From contig OZ253580.1 in the NCBI GenBank assembly GCA_965263035.1, forward strand, positions 2,400,001-2,464,000: a DNA stretch of 64,000 nucleotides, given 5' to 3'. Each line of letters starts with the position of its first letter. Position 1 is the stretch's first letter. Below are positions 48,988-58,159 of this stretch, in pieces. The notes under the pieces are model-generated. The model did not search any database and was not told where the DNA came from. It worked only from the letters and a program-made list of their open reading frames with translations. A program made the position numbers and the translations under genes. The stretch comes from Acidobacteriota bacterium. GTDB lineage: Bacteria; Acidobacteriota; UBA6911; RPQK01; JAJDTT01.

Positions 48988-50603
48988 TCTTTCCGCTTTC
49001 CTCTTTTCTGCTCACTCTCTCCTCTCCTCCCCCATCCCCCTCCCCCGGGGGTCTCGATCCGGATGGCCTGCCCGGCCGTGAGCTGAAGAGACACCTTGCC
49101 GGCGAGGTTTCTACGACGGCCCCGGTCCACCAGGTAGTTCCGGCCCTTCTTCCCGGTCTCTCCTCCGTTGAGTCCGTAGGGAGGGTTGACCCGCCTCTCC
49201 GAGAGGATGGTGGTGGTGCAGTCGGTCAAGGCCTCCAGGGTCCGGACGATTCCATCCCCGCCTCGATACCTGCCCTTGGCGCCAGACCCGGATCTCAATC
49301 GGTACTCCCGAACCCGAAGCGGGAAATCGTACTCCAAGGCTTCGATGGGCGTGTTCAGGGAGTTGGTCATATGGGTGTGCACGCCGCTGTTTCCGTGGCC
49401 GGCCGGGCCGGCCCCCATGCCGCCTCCGATGGTCTCGTAGTAGGAAAAGGGCTTGCCCGTGCCGGGGTGGATCCCGCCGATCGAGATGTTGTTCATGGTG
49501 CCGCTGCTGGCGGCCGGGATCTGGTCGGGAAGGGCTTGGGCCAGGGCCCGGAGCAGGACGTCCACGATCCGCTGGGAGGTCTCCACGTTGCCGCCGGCCG
49601 TCGCCGCCGGAAACCGGGCGTCCACCACGCTTCCCTGCGGCGTGGAGACGCGGACCGAGCGCATCAGCCCGGCGCTGGCCGGAGCATAGTCCGGAGCCAG
49701 ACAGCGGAGAACGTAGTAGACGGCGGACCGGGTGACGGCGCGGACGGCGTTGAGGCAGCCGGGAATCTGGGGAGCCGACCCCGCAAAATCGATCTTCATG
49801 GAATCCCCCGAGACCCGGATGCTGACGCGAATCGGGACCGGCTCCGATCCCTCCTCGGGGCCGCCCTCATCCAACAGGTCCTCGGCCGTGTAGCGGCCGT
49901 CCGGGATCCGGCGAATGGTCTGGCGCATGATCTTCGCCGAATAGTCCTGCAGAGCCCGGCAGTACTCTTCGACCTCGGCTCTCCCGTTCTTTTCGACCAG
50001 CGCCCGCAGCCGCCTGTCGCCGACTCTCAGCGACCCCACCTGGGCGGCCAGATCCCCTTCCCGCTCGAGGGGTGTGCGGACGTTGCTGAGGAAGAGGCGG
50101 AGCAGGTCGACGTTCAATCGGCCCCGCCGGTAGAGCTTGGACGGCGGAATCCGGATTCCCTCCTGAAAGACATCCCGGCTCAGGGGCATGGAGCCGGGGG
50201 ACATTCCCCCCACGTCCGCGTGATGGGCGCGAACGGCCACATGGAAGACGGGGCGGACGAACTTGTCCGAAGGTTCGAACACGGGCGCCACCATGGTGAG
50301 ATCGGGCAGGTGGGTCCCCCCGGCGAAGGGGTCGTTGAGAATCACCACATCGCCCGGCCGCAACGGTTCGTGGTCGAGAGCCGCCTGGACCGACATGGGC
50401 ATGGAGCCCAGATGGACCGGCATATGGTCCCCCATGGCCACCAGTTGCGCCTTCGAGTCGAAGAGCGCGCAGGAATAGTCTCGACGCTCCCTGACGTTGG
50501 AAGAATAGGCGGTGCGGTGGAGCACCGTCCCCATCTCCTCGGGGACCGAGGTCAGAAGATGCCGGTAGACCTCAAGACGGACGGGATGGATACGTTTCGC
50601 CAC
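48984..50603 (-). CDS. hydantoinase B / 5-oxoprolinase family subunit
   Basis: RTAYSSNVRERRDYSCA, PVHLGSM, NDPFAGGTHLPD, TPGGGGWG. Confidence 0.9.
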   Translation of the reverse strand: MAKRIHPVRLEVYRHLLTSVPEEMGTVLHRTAYSSNVRERRDYSCALFDSKAQLVAMGDHMPVHLGSMPMSVQAALDHEPLRPGDVVILNDPFAGGTHLPDLTMVAPVFEPSDKFVRPVFHVAVRAHHADVGGMSPGSMPLSRDVFQEGIRIPPSKLYRRGRLNVDLLRLFLSNVRTPLEREGDLAAQVGSLRVGDRRLRALVEKNGRAEVEEYCRALQDYSAKIMRQTIRRIPDGRYTAEDLLDEGGPEEGSEPVPIRVSIRVSGDSMKIDFAGSAPQIPGCLNAVRAVTRSAVYYVLRCLAPDYAPASAGLMRSVRVSTPQGSVVDARFPAATAGGNVETSQRIVDVLLRALAQALPDQIPAASSGTMNNISIGGIHPGTGKPFSYYETIGGGMGAGPAGHGNSGVHTHMTNSLNTPIEALEYDFPLRVREYRLRSGSGAKGRYRGGDGIVRTLEALTDCTTTILSERRVNPPYGLNGGETGKKGRNYLVDRGRRRNLAGKVSLQLTAGQAIRIETPGGGGWGRRGESEQKRGKRKE

Positions 50604-50627
50604 GGCAGCAAAGATAGCAGAGAATGA

Positions 50628-50853
50628 GGAGCGGCGGTTTCCAGCCGCCGGACTCCCAAGGAAACAAGGGGGCGGGCGTGGAGCGGCGGTTTCCAGCCGC
50701 CGGACTCCCAAGGGAACAAGGGGGCCGGCGTGGAGCGGCGGTTTCCAGCCGCCGGACTCCCAAGGGAACGACGGGGCGGGCGTGGAGCGGCGAATAGAAG
50801 AGGGGGCGACTGGAAATCGCCCCTCCTTTGGGCGACAAGGATGTCGCCCCTCC
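50628..50853. repeat. tandem REP array: three 52-bp units, a partial unit and two further hairpins
   Basis: GGAGCGGCG starts at 50628, 50680, 50732, 50784; hairpin GGCGG-TTTCCAG-CCGCC. Confidence 0.9.
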
Positions 50854-50889
50854 GGAGTGGGAAACCGGCTGTTATAATCGCGCGCTCTC

Positions 50890-51744
50890 ATGCGACGACT
50901 GGTGCTTACGCTGCAGATGATCAAGTTCGAGCACACCGTCTTCGCCCTGCCCTTTGCTTTTCTGGGAGCCCTTCTGGCCCAGCGCGGGCTGCCCGGGGGC
51001 GAGACCTGTCTCTGGATCGTTGGAGCCATGGTGGGAGCGAGAAGCGCGGCCATGGCCTTCAATCGACTGGTGGACCGGCGCCAGGACCGGCTCAATCCCC
51101 GGACCGCCGGACGGGAGCTGCCACGGGGACTGCTGGAACCCGGTTTCGTCATCGGCTTCATTGTGGCGTCCGCGGGGCTCTTCTTCTTCTCGGCCTGGAG
51201 GTTGAATCCGCTCGCCCTGCTGCTGTCGCCGCCGGCCCTGGTCATCGTCCTGCTCTACAGCTATACGAAGAGGTTCACCTCGCTGTCCCACCTGTTCCTG
51301 GGCCTCTCCCTGGCCATCGCTCCGGTCGGGGGATGGGTGGCGGTGCGGGGTGAGCTGTCCGCAGGCCCATTCTACCTGGCGGCCGCCGTTCTGCTCTGGG
51401 TGGCCGGCTTCGACATCATCTATTCCTGCCAGGACGTGGACTTCGACCGCCGCCTGGGCCTGTACTCGATCCCGGGCCGCCTGGGAGTGGCCGCGGCCCT
51501 GAAGATCTCGCCGCTCCTCCACGCCGGGATGGTGGCCGTCCTGGGATACGCTTTTCACTCCTTCGATCTGGGCCTGTTGAGTTGGGCCAGTCTGATTCTG
51601 GTGACAGCCGCCCTGATCTACGAACATCGAATCGTCAGTCCTACCGACCTGAGCCGGGTCAACGCCGCGTTTTTTGCGGTCAACGGCGTTATCAGTCTAG
51701 GGCTGCTTCTGTTCGTAGGTCTGGATCTATGGCTGTTCCGGTAG
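50890..51744 (+). CDS. UbiA-family prenyltransferase (MqnP-like)
   Basis: KFEHTVFALPF, FNRLVD..D..NPRT..R, YSYTKR, FDIIY..QD..FD. Confidence 0.88.
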   Translation: MRRLVLTLQMIKFEHTVFALPFAFLGALLAQRGLPGGETCLWIVGAMVGARSAAMAFNRLVDRRQDRLNPRTAGRELPRGLLEPGFVIGFIVASAGLFFFSAWRLNPLALLLSPPALVIVLLYSYTKRFTSLSHLFLGLSLAIAPVGGWVAVRGELSAGPFYLAAAVLLWVAGFDIIYSCQDVDFDRRLGLYSIPGRLGVAAALKISPLLHAGMVAVLGYAFHSFDLGLLSWASLILVTAALIYEHRIVSPTDLSRVNAAFFAVNGVISLGLLLFVGLDLWLFR

Positions 51745-52994
51745 ACGAATCTCCGACCCTGGCCTTGGACCTCTCGACCCGGACCCGGCCGGGAGAAACT
51801 TCTCTCCCGCCGGATGGGCGGGAGCCTGTGGTCCGCATGGTGGACCTCATCGTCTTCGACGCCATCGGCAAGAGAGCCAGCGACATTCATCTGGAGACCT
51901 ACGACGGGGAGTTCCGGATCCGCTACCGGATCGACGGGGTCCTCTATCCGGTCGCCGCGCCGCCCCTGGCCCTTCGGGATGCCCTCATTTCCCGAGTCAA
52001 GATCCTGGGCGATCTGGACATCGGCGAACGGCGGCTTCCCCAGGACGGCCGAATCCGGATGAAGGTTCCGCAGTCCGGAGAGGACCGTGAGATCGATCTC
52101 CGCGTCTCCTCCCTCCCCACCATTTTCGGAGAAAAGCTGGCATTGAGGATCCTGGACCGGGAGCACCTCCCGCGGAGCCTGTCCGAACTCGGGCTGGAGG
52201 AGGTCTCCCTCGAGCGGCTGAGGAGAGCCCTGCGGAGATCCCATGGAATCGTGCTGGCCACCGGCCCCACCGGTAGCGGCAAGACCAGCACCCTCTACAC
52301 CTGCTTGTCCCGGCTCAACCACCCCGGAACGAACATCAATACCGTGGAGGACCCGGTGGAGTTCAACCTCTCGGGGATCAACCAGGTCCAGACCAAGGAC
52401 TCGGTGGGTCTGAGCTTCGCCACAGCACTCCGGGCTCTGCTGCGCCAAGACCCGGATGTCCTTATGGTGGGGGAGATCCGGGACCGGGAAACCGCGGAGA
52501 TCGCCATTCGCGCCGCCATCACCGGACACTTGGTGTTGAGCACCCTGCATACGAACGACGCCGCATCGACGGTGGGCCGGCTGCTGGACATGGGGATTCC
52601 TCCGTTCCTCATCGCCAGTTCGGTGAACCTGGTGTGTGCCCAACGGCTGGTGAGGAGGCTGTGCGGGGAATGCAAGGAGCCTAACCGGGCCCCGGTTCCG
52701 ATCCCGGAACCGGCCGGAACCGGGACCGACCCGATCCTCAAGATCTCCCGCTTCGACGCCCGGGGTTGCCCCGCCTGTCACGGCACGGGCTATCGAGGGA
52801 GGATCGGACTGTTCGAAACCATGGAGGTGACCGAGACCATCCAGCAACTGATCCTCCAGGGTGCCGACGACGCCAGGATCCGGAAACAGGCGGTCAGCGA
52901 GGGGATGGTCACCCTGCGGGGCAGCGGACTGGAGAAGATTCGTTCCGGCGTCAGCACCGTGGAGGAGGTGCTGAAGGCCACGCACCTCGCTTGA
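51729..52994 (+). CDS. pilB: type IV pilus / T2SS extension ATPase (PilB/GspE), short N-terminus
   Basis: ASDIH, RLPQDG, GPTGSGKT, LRQDPD, tetracysteine motif. Confidence 0.88.
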   Translation: MAVPVDESPTLALDLSTRTRPGETSLPPDGREPVVRMVDLIVFDAIGKRASDIHLETYDGEFRIRYRIDGVLYPVAAPPLALRDALISRVKILGDLDIGERRLPQDGRIRMKVPQSGEDREIDLRVSSLPTIFGEKLALRILDREHLPRSLSELGLEEVSLERLRRALRRSHGIVLATGPTGSGKTSTLYTCLSRLNHPGTNINTVEDPVEFNLSGINQVQTKDSVGLSFATALRALLRQDPDVLMVGEIRDRETAEIAIRAAITGHLVLSTLHTNDAASTVGRLLDMGIPPFLIASSVNLVCAQRLVRRLCGECKEPNRAPVPIPEPAGTGTDPILKISRFDARGCPACHGTGYRGRIGLFETMEVTETIQQLILQGADDARIRKQAVSEGMVTLRGSGLEKIRSGVSTVEEVLKATHLA

Positions 52995-53005
52995 CCCGGT
53001 GAGTA

Positions 53006-54094
53006 ATGGAGGTTGAACAGACGCGTCCCACGGGACAGATCCTGAAGCTGTTGCGGCTGGCCCACGACTCCGGCGCCAGCGACCTGCATCTCATTCCCGA
53101 TTCCGTACCCTGCCTGCGTGTCCACGGCCGGCTCGTGGCCGCGAACCATCTCCGGCTGAACCTGGAAGAGACTCGGCACTTGGCCTACGGCATCATGTCC
53201 GACCGGCAAAGGGCCCGCTACGAGCGTCTCCGGGAGATCGACTTCAGCTTCGAGGTGGAGGGCCTGTCCCGATTCCGCGCCAACGTCTTCACCCGCCGTG
53301 GAAAGACGGCGGCAGTCGTACGTCTCATCCCGCTTCAGGTCAAACGCCTGGAGGAGTTGGGACTGCCGGCGGTGGTGGATGGTCTGGCCGTCCGGCCCCG
53401 CGGCCTGGTCCTGGTCGCCGGCTCCTCGGGCAGCGGCAAGTCGACCACGCTGGCGGCTCTCATCGACCGGATCAATCGAACCCAGGCCAAACACATCATC
53501 ACCATCGAGGACCCCATCGAGTTCGTGCACCACAACCACATGAGCGTCGTCAGCCAGAGGGAGGTGCCGGGGGATTCCTCCTCGTTTGCGTCGGCGCTCC
53601 GCATGGCCCTGCGGCAGGACCCCGATGTGGTCCTGGTGGGGGAGATGAGGGATACCGAGACCATCGAGACCACTCTCCGGCTGGCGGAAACGGGGCATCT
53701 GACCCTTTCCACCCTCCACACCCGATCGGCCCCCGACACCATCGGGAGAATTCTGGACATGTTCCCTGGCGATCAGCAGGGCCGGATCCAGTCCCTTCTC
53801 TCCTCGGTCCTGGAGGGAATCGTCTGTCAGGCCCTGATCCCGTGCCGGAAGGAGCCGGGGCGGGTCGTGGCCGCGGAAGTCCTGATTCCCAACCCGGCCA
53901 TCCGGAACCTGATCCGCGAGCAAAAGCTCCACCAGATCCGCTCGGCCATGCAGACAGGCCAGGCCGGAAGCGGGATGTGCACCCTGAATCAGAGCCTGGC
54001 CAGGCTCTTCCTCGCCGGCCGGATCTCCTACGAGACCTGCCTGGAGGTCTCGCAGGACGCTGCCGACCTGCGGCGGTGCCTGGATCGGCCGTAG
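53006..54094 (+). CDS. pilT: type IV pilus retraction ATPase
   Basis: ASDLH, GSGKSTT, TIEDPIE, AETGHL, AIRNLIRE. Confidence 0.93.
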   Translation: MEVEQTRPTGQILKLLRLAHDSGASDLHLIPDSVPCLRVHGRLVAANHLRLNLEETRHLAYGIMSDRQRARYERLREIDFSFEVEGLSRFRANVFTRRGKTAAVVRLIPLQVKRLEELGLPAVVDGLAVRPRGLVLVAGSSGSGKSTTLAALIDRINRTQAKHIITIEDPIEFVHHNHMSVVSQREVPGDSSSFASALRMALRQDPDVVLVGEMRDTETIETTLRLAETGHLTLSTLHTRSAPDTIGRILDMFPGDQQGRIQSLLSSVLEGIVCQALIPCRKEPGRVVAAEVLIPNPAIRNLIREQKLHQIRSAMQTGQAGSGMCTLNQSLARLFLAGRISYETCLEVSQDAADLRRCLDRP

Positions 54095-54145
54095 GGCCGC
54101 CCCTCCGGTTCACTGTTTTCCAACCCCCAATCGTTACCAATATCA

Positions 54146-55246
54146 GTGGACACTCCGAACGAGCGGGAATGGCGTCCCCGCCGTATTGCTCAGGCTCGAA
54201 TCGGAAGGATCTCGACCCGGCAGCTGGCCCTGTTCACGCGGCAACTGTCGGTGATGCTGGGGGCGGGCGTCTCGCTGGTGTCGGCCCTGCAGAACCTGGC
54301 GCAACAGGAGGAGAACCGCGCCCTGGGCACCACCCTGCGCCAAGTCCGTTACGACGTGGAATCGGGGTCCACGCTGGCTGCGGCGCTGGAACGCCATCCC
54401 CGTGTCTTCGATCCCCTATTCGTCAACCTGGTCCGGGCGGGAGAGACGGGTGGATTTCTGGACACCGTGTTCAAGCGTCTCACCCGATTCTTGGAAAAGA
54501 GGCTCCAGTGGCGCAAGGCGGTGCTCTCGGCCTCTCTCTATCCGGCGGTCGTCATCATGACTTCGTTCATGGTCGTGGGCGTCATCCTGGTCTGGGTGAT
54601 TCCGGTCTTCGCATCCCTCTTCGCCAACCTGGACCTCCCCCTCCCATTGCCGACGCGGATGGTCATGGGAGCCAGCGGGTTCCTGAGCCGGTGGGGAGTG
54701 CCCCTGAGCCTGGGGGCGGGGACGGCGGCCCTGGCGGGTGGATTCTACTTTCGAACGGCCAAGGGGCGGAGGTGGGTGGATCGATTCATCCTGGCGGCCC
54801 CGCTGTTGGGCCCGGTGACGACCCAACTCCTGACGGCCCGTTTCGCACGGACCTTTTCCACCCTCCTTTCCAGCGGAGTCCCCATCCTGGAAGCCATGGA
54901 CCTGACGGCGCGGGCTCTGGGGAACGTGCGGTTTCAAGAAACGGTGCTGGCGCTCCGGAGTAAGGTCGAGTCGGGGAGCACCTTGGCGGAACCATTCCGG
55001 CACAGCGGCCTCTTTCCCCAGATGGCGTCGGAAATCATTCGGATCGGCGAGTTGACGGGCACGCTGGACGACATGCTTCTGAAACTGGCCGTCTACTACG
55101 AGGAGGAAGCGGACACCAGCATAAACCGGTTTCTGGCGCTCCTGGAACCCATGATGATGTTGGTTCTGGGTATCGTCGTCGGCGGCATGGTGCTTTCCAT
55201 GTATATGCCCATCTTCAGCCTCATGGGGCGGCTTTCCAGCTTCTGA
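54146..55246 (+). CDS. pilC: type IV pilus platform protein (PilC/GspF)
   Basis: FTRQL..ML.AG, AGETGG.L, GELTG.L, LLEP, MYMPIF. Confidence 0.92.
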   Translation: MDTPNEREWRPRRIAQARIGRISTRQLALFTRQLSVMLGAGVSLVSALQNLAQQEENRALGTTLRQVRYDVESGSTLAAALERHPRVFDPLFVNLVRAGETGGFLDTVFKRLTRFLEKRLQWRKAVLSASLYPAVVIMTSFMVVGVILVWVIPVFASLFANLDLPLPLPTRMVMGASGFLSRWGVPLSLGAGTAALAGGFYFRTAKGRRWVDRFILAAPLLGPVTTQLLTARFARTFSTLLSSGVPILEAMDLTARALGNVRFQETVLALRSKVESGSTLAEPFRHSGLFPQMASEIIRIGELTGTLDDMLLKLAVYYEEEADTSINRFLALLEPMMMLVLGIVVGGMVLSMYMPIFSLMGRLSSF

Positions 55247-55345
55247 GGAACCCGGAGCCGGAATCGGAAATTCTTCTCATGGATACGCGGGCGGGGACGT
55301 TTCATACTATGCAAGGACGAGACAGCAAGCGAGGATGAAATAATC

Positions 55346-55909
55346 ATGCTCCAACGAACCAAGGTCTTTCCGGTGTCCGACTGCGGAGCCCGGATCCGAA
55401 AAGAGTCCGGCAGCTCTGCCTCGATGCCCTCTCACTCTCCCCAGAACGGAGCTGCCGGATTCTCTCTGATCGAACTCATGATCGTGGTGGCCATCATCGG
55501 GATCATCTCCATTCTGGCGGTTCCCAATTTCATGCGTTCCCGGCTCTTCGCCAACGAAACTTCGGCCATCGCCTCGCTCCGGGTCACCGTCACGAGCGAG
55601 ATCACCTATGCCTCCACCGTGGGGAACGGATCCTTCGGTAGTACAGAGGACTTGTTGGACAACGGGCTGATCGATGCGGCGCTGGGGTCCGGCACCAAGG
55701 ACGGCTACAACCTGAGCCTGACGGCGGACGGAGCCAGTGGATTCACGGTCACCGCCGTTCCCGTCACGGCGGGCACCACCGGACAGCGGGGATTCTATGC
55801 CGATCAGACCGGGGTGATCCGGTACAGCGAGGACGGATCGGCGCCGACCGCGGCCAGTCCCGCATTGGGCACCGAGAGCGCGAAGGAAGAAGAAACGGAC
55901 GGAGATTAA
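55346..55909 (+). CDS. type IV pilin
   Basis: G|FSLIELMIVVAIIGII prepilin motif; alternative start at 55424. Confidence 0.88.
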   Translation: MLQRTKVFPVSDCGARIRKESGSSASMPSHSPQNGAAGFSLIELMIVVAIIGIISILAVPNFMRSRLFANETSAIASLRVTVTSEITYASTVGNGSFGSTEDLLDNGLIDAALGSGTKDGYNLSLTADGASGFTVTAVPVTAGTTGQRGFYADQTGVIRYSEDGSAPTAASPALGTESAKEEETDGD

Positions 55910-55915
55910 GGATGG

Positions 55916-56545
55916 ATCGGGTCGAGTGCAGGGGATTGCGCCCCTGCACCCTCCCACACCACCGGACGTACCGTTTTCAGTATCCGGCGGTTGGAGTCAC
56001 TCGAGGCTCTTTCGAGCCTCGTAAAGGGCCTTTCTTTCCGGTTTTCGCCGCCGCTGGGACTTGATCTCCGCCCTTCCGGCTTGACGGGTTCCACCCTTGG
56101 GCCTTCCGTGCCGGGTCCGAGGGGCCTCCCCCCGCCCCGTTTCCGGAGGTAGTTGCGATCCCGCTGACGAGTCCACCATAGGGCCCGTCCGACTCCTTCG
56201 GTCCTTCGCTCCACCGGCATTATCCGGCTTCTTCGCTACTATGACCTCTGCTGACTTCTCAAAGGCTCTCACCCTTGAGATCTCCCCGAGTAAGGTGCTG
56301 CATCTTTCCCCCCGGGCCGCCCGGCTCTACCTGGTACGTCTGGATGGGGTTCGGGTTTCGCTGTTGCTCGCCAGCTCACCGCCCGCACCCGGCCTCGCTG
56401 CCGGTTCGTGTTCCTGCGGTCGTGGGTTTGCCTTCCGCTTCCTTCAGCTTCACCTCGCGGCTACGCCTTGCGGTTCGGCTAGGGTTGGTCCCATCACCTC
56501 CCTTGGGATCTTTCATCCCTTAGATACAGCCCATGTCGGGCGCAC
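55916..56545 (-). ncRNA. ORF-less group IIC intron, 630 nt, copy 2
   Basis: Reverse complement of 47241-47870; same length; overlapping spurious ORFs translate identically. Confidence 0.92.
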
Positions 56546-56680
56546 GAGCGGCGACTTTCTTGTCGCCGACCAGGGGGGCAGGGGGGACGGAGTCCCCACT
56601 TTACACTTTCCGGCCTCTACACTTCCCGCCCACTGAATCGCCTAACAACACAAAAGAGCAGGCGGCAAGAAAGCCGCCTG
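56546..56680 (-). repeat. composite REP element forming the 5' exon of intron copy 2
   Basis: GAGCGGCGACTTTCTTGTCGCCGACCAGGGGGCAGGGGGGACGGAGTCCCC..GAATCGC..GGCGGCAAGAAAGCCGCC. Confidence 0.85.
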
Positions 56681-56711
56681 TACCCTTCTCAAGTAGTCTT
56701 TAGGGAACTTC

Positions 56712-56905
56712 ACCCATGGTGGGTGAAGAGGGCCAACCGGCCGGGAGCTACCATAAAGCCGCAGCGCTCTCAGAGCACCTGGAGGGGACTCGTGCCCCGG
56801 CCGGTAGCCGCGATGGAGAACCTGTGGGAAGTCAGTGTCCAAGAACACCAGTACAGGAACCGATCCGAATCGCGGCGGCCCGACGTCCATTTAATCACTA
56901 GGAGG
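56712..56905 (+). ncRNA. putative IS110 bridge RNA
   Basis: Contains exact 10-11 nt matches to the right target flank and to the donor junction. Confidence 0.65.
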
Positions 56906-56911
56906 TTCGGG

Positions 56912-58159
56912 ATGAAACCAAGTCAATGGTTTGTGGGGGTCGATTGGGCGTCCCAGGCGCACCAAGTCTGCGTCGTGGATGAGCGAGGCACCTGTCAGGG
57001 ACAGCGCAGCTTCCCGCACAGCGGTTCGGGCCTGGCCCAGATGGCCGACTGGATCCTGCAGCAGACGGGGACGAGAGCGGAGGCCGTCTCGGTGGCGATT
57101 GAAGTGCCGCACGGTCCGGTGGTGGAGTTTTTGATGGGGCGATGCTTTGTCGTGTATGCCATCAATCCGAAGCAGCTGGATCGATTCCGCGACCGCTTCT
57201 CGCCGGCAGGCGCCAAGGATGACCGCCGCGATGCCCGAGTGCTGGCCGACGCGATCCGAACCGACGGCCATCGCTGGCAACGGCTGGAACCGGTCGATTC
57301 TGAAATGATCCAGCTGCGCGAGTTCTCAAGACTGGGTGCGCAGTTGACCCGCGATCGGACCCGGCTTCTCAACCGCCTGCGCCAACAACTCTGGCGCTAC
57401 TATCCGCAGTTCCTACACCTGAGCAAGGATCTCGCCGAGCCCTGGGTGATGGAAGTGTGGAAGCTGGCCCCGACACCGGATGCGGCCCGGAAGCTGCGCC
57501 CGAGCCGGGTCGCCAAGGTGTTGAAAAAGCATCGGATCCGGCGTATCGACGCCCCAGAGGTCCTGCGTCGCTTGCGGGTACGCTCCCTCCCGGTCGCCCC
57601 GGGCACCACCCAGGCGGTGAGGGTCCACATCGAAAGTCTCGGTGAGCGCCTGGCCGTGGTGCGGAACCAACTCCGGGACATCTCTCGTGAGCTCGACCGT
57701 TTGATCCGGGCTTGGGAGAAGCGGTGCGAGTCGACGCCGGGGCCCCAAGGACCGTGCCGGGACGTGGCGATCCTCGCCTCCCTGCCCGGCGTCGGCCGAA
57801 TCGTCCTGGCCACCCTGCTCTCGGAAGCCTTCGATGCGATCCGGCGCCGAGATTACGCCGCTTTGCGATGTCTGTGCGGGGTGGCCCCCGTGACCCGGAG
57901 TTCCGGCAAATACACCCGTGTCGTGCGCCGCCAAGCCGTTCATCCTCGTCTGCGGGAAGCGGCCTATCATTGGTCGCGCGTGGCCACGCAACACGACCCC
58001 ATCAGCCGAGCCAAGTACGCTGCCCTGCGGGAGCGCGGCCACGGCCATGCCCGGGCCCTGCGGTCCGTTGCCGATCGCCTGCTGGCGGTGGCCTGCGCCA
58101 TGTTGCGAGACCAGACGGAATACGATGCGAATCATGCAAGACAGCGCCGGGCTGCTTGA
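56912..58159 (+). CDS. IS110-family recombinase/transposase
   Basis: GVDW, IEVP, KDDRRDA, SLPGVG, PVTRSSG; AGGAGG RBS. Confidence 0.93.
   Translation: MKPSQWFVGVDWASQAHQVCVVDERGTCQGQRSFPHSGSGLAQMADWILQQTGTRAEAVSVAIEVPHGPVVEFLMGRCFVVYAINPKQLDRFRDRFSPAGAKDDRRDARVLADAIRTDGHRWQRLEPVDSEMIQLREFSRLGAQLTRDRTRLLNRLRQQLWRYYPQFLHLSKDLAEPWVMEVWKLAPTPDAARKLRPSRVAKVLKKHRIRRIDAPEVLRRLRVRSLPVAPGTTQAVRVHIESLGERLAVVRNQLRDISRELDRLIRAWEKRCESTPGPQGPCRDVAILASLPGVGRIVLATLLSEAFDAIRRRDYAALRCLCGVAPVTRSSGKYTRVVRRQAVHPRLREAAYHWSRVATQHDPISRAKYAALRERGHGHARALRSVADRLLAVACAMLRDQTEYDANHARQRRAA

Noticed and set aside
50628-50800. CRISPR-like array
   Set aside because: The intervening sequences are near-identical rather than unique spacers, the repeat is the dispersed REP hairpin, and no cas genes are present.
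50604-51245. N-terminal extension of hydantoinase B with repeated peptides
   Set aside because: It is translation of the REP array and the antisense of ubiA; family homology starts near 50603.
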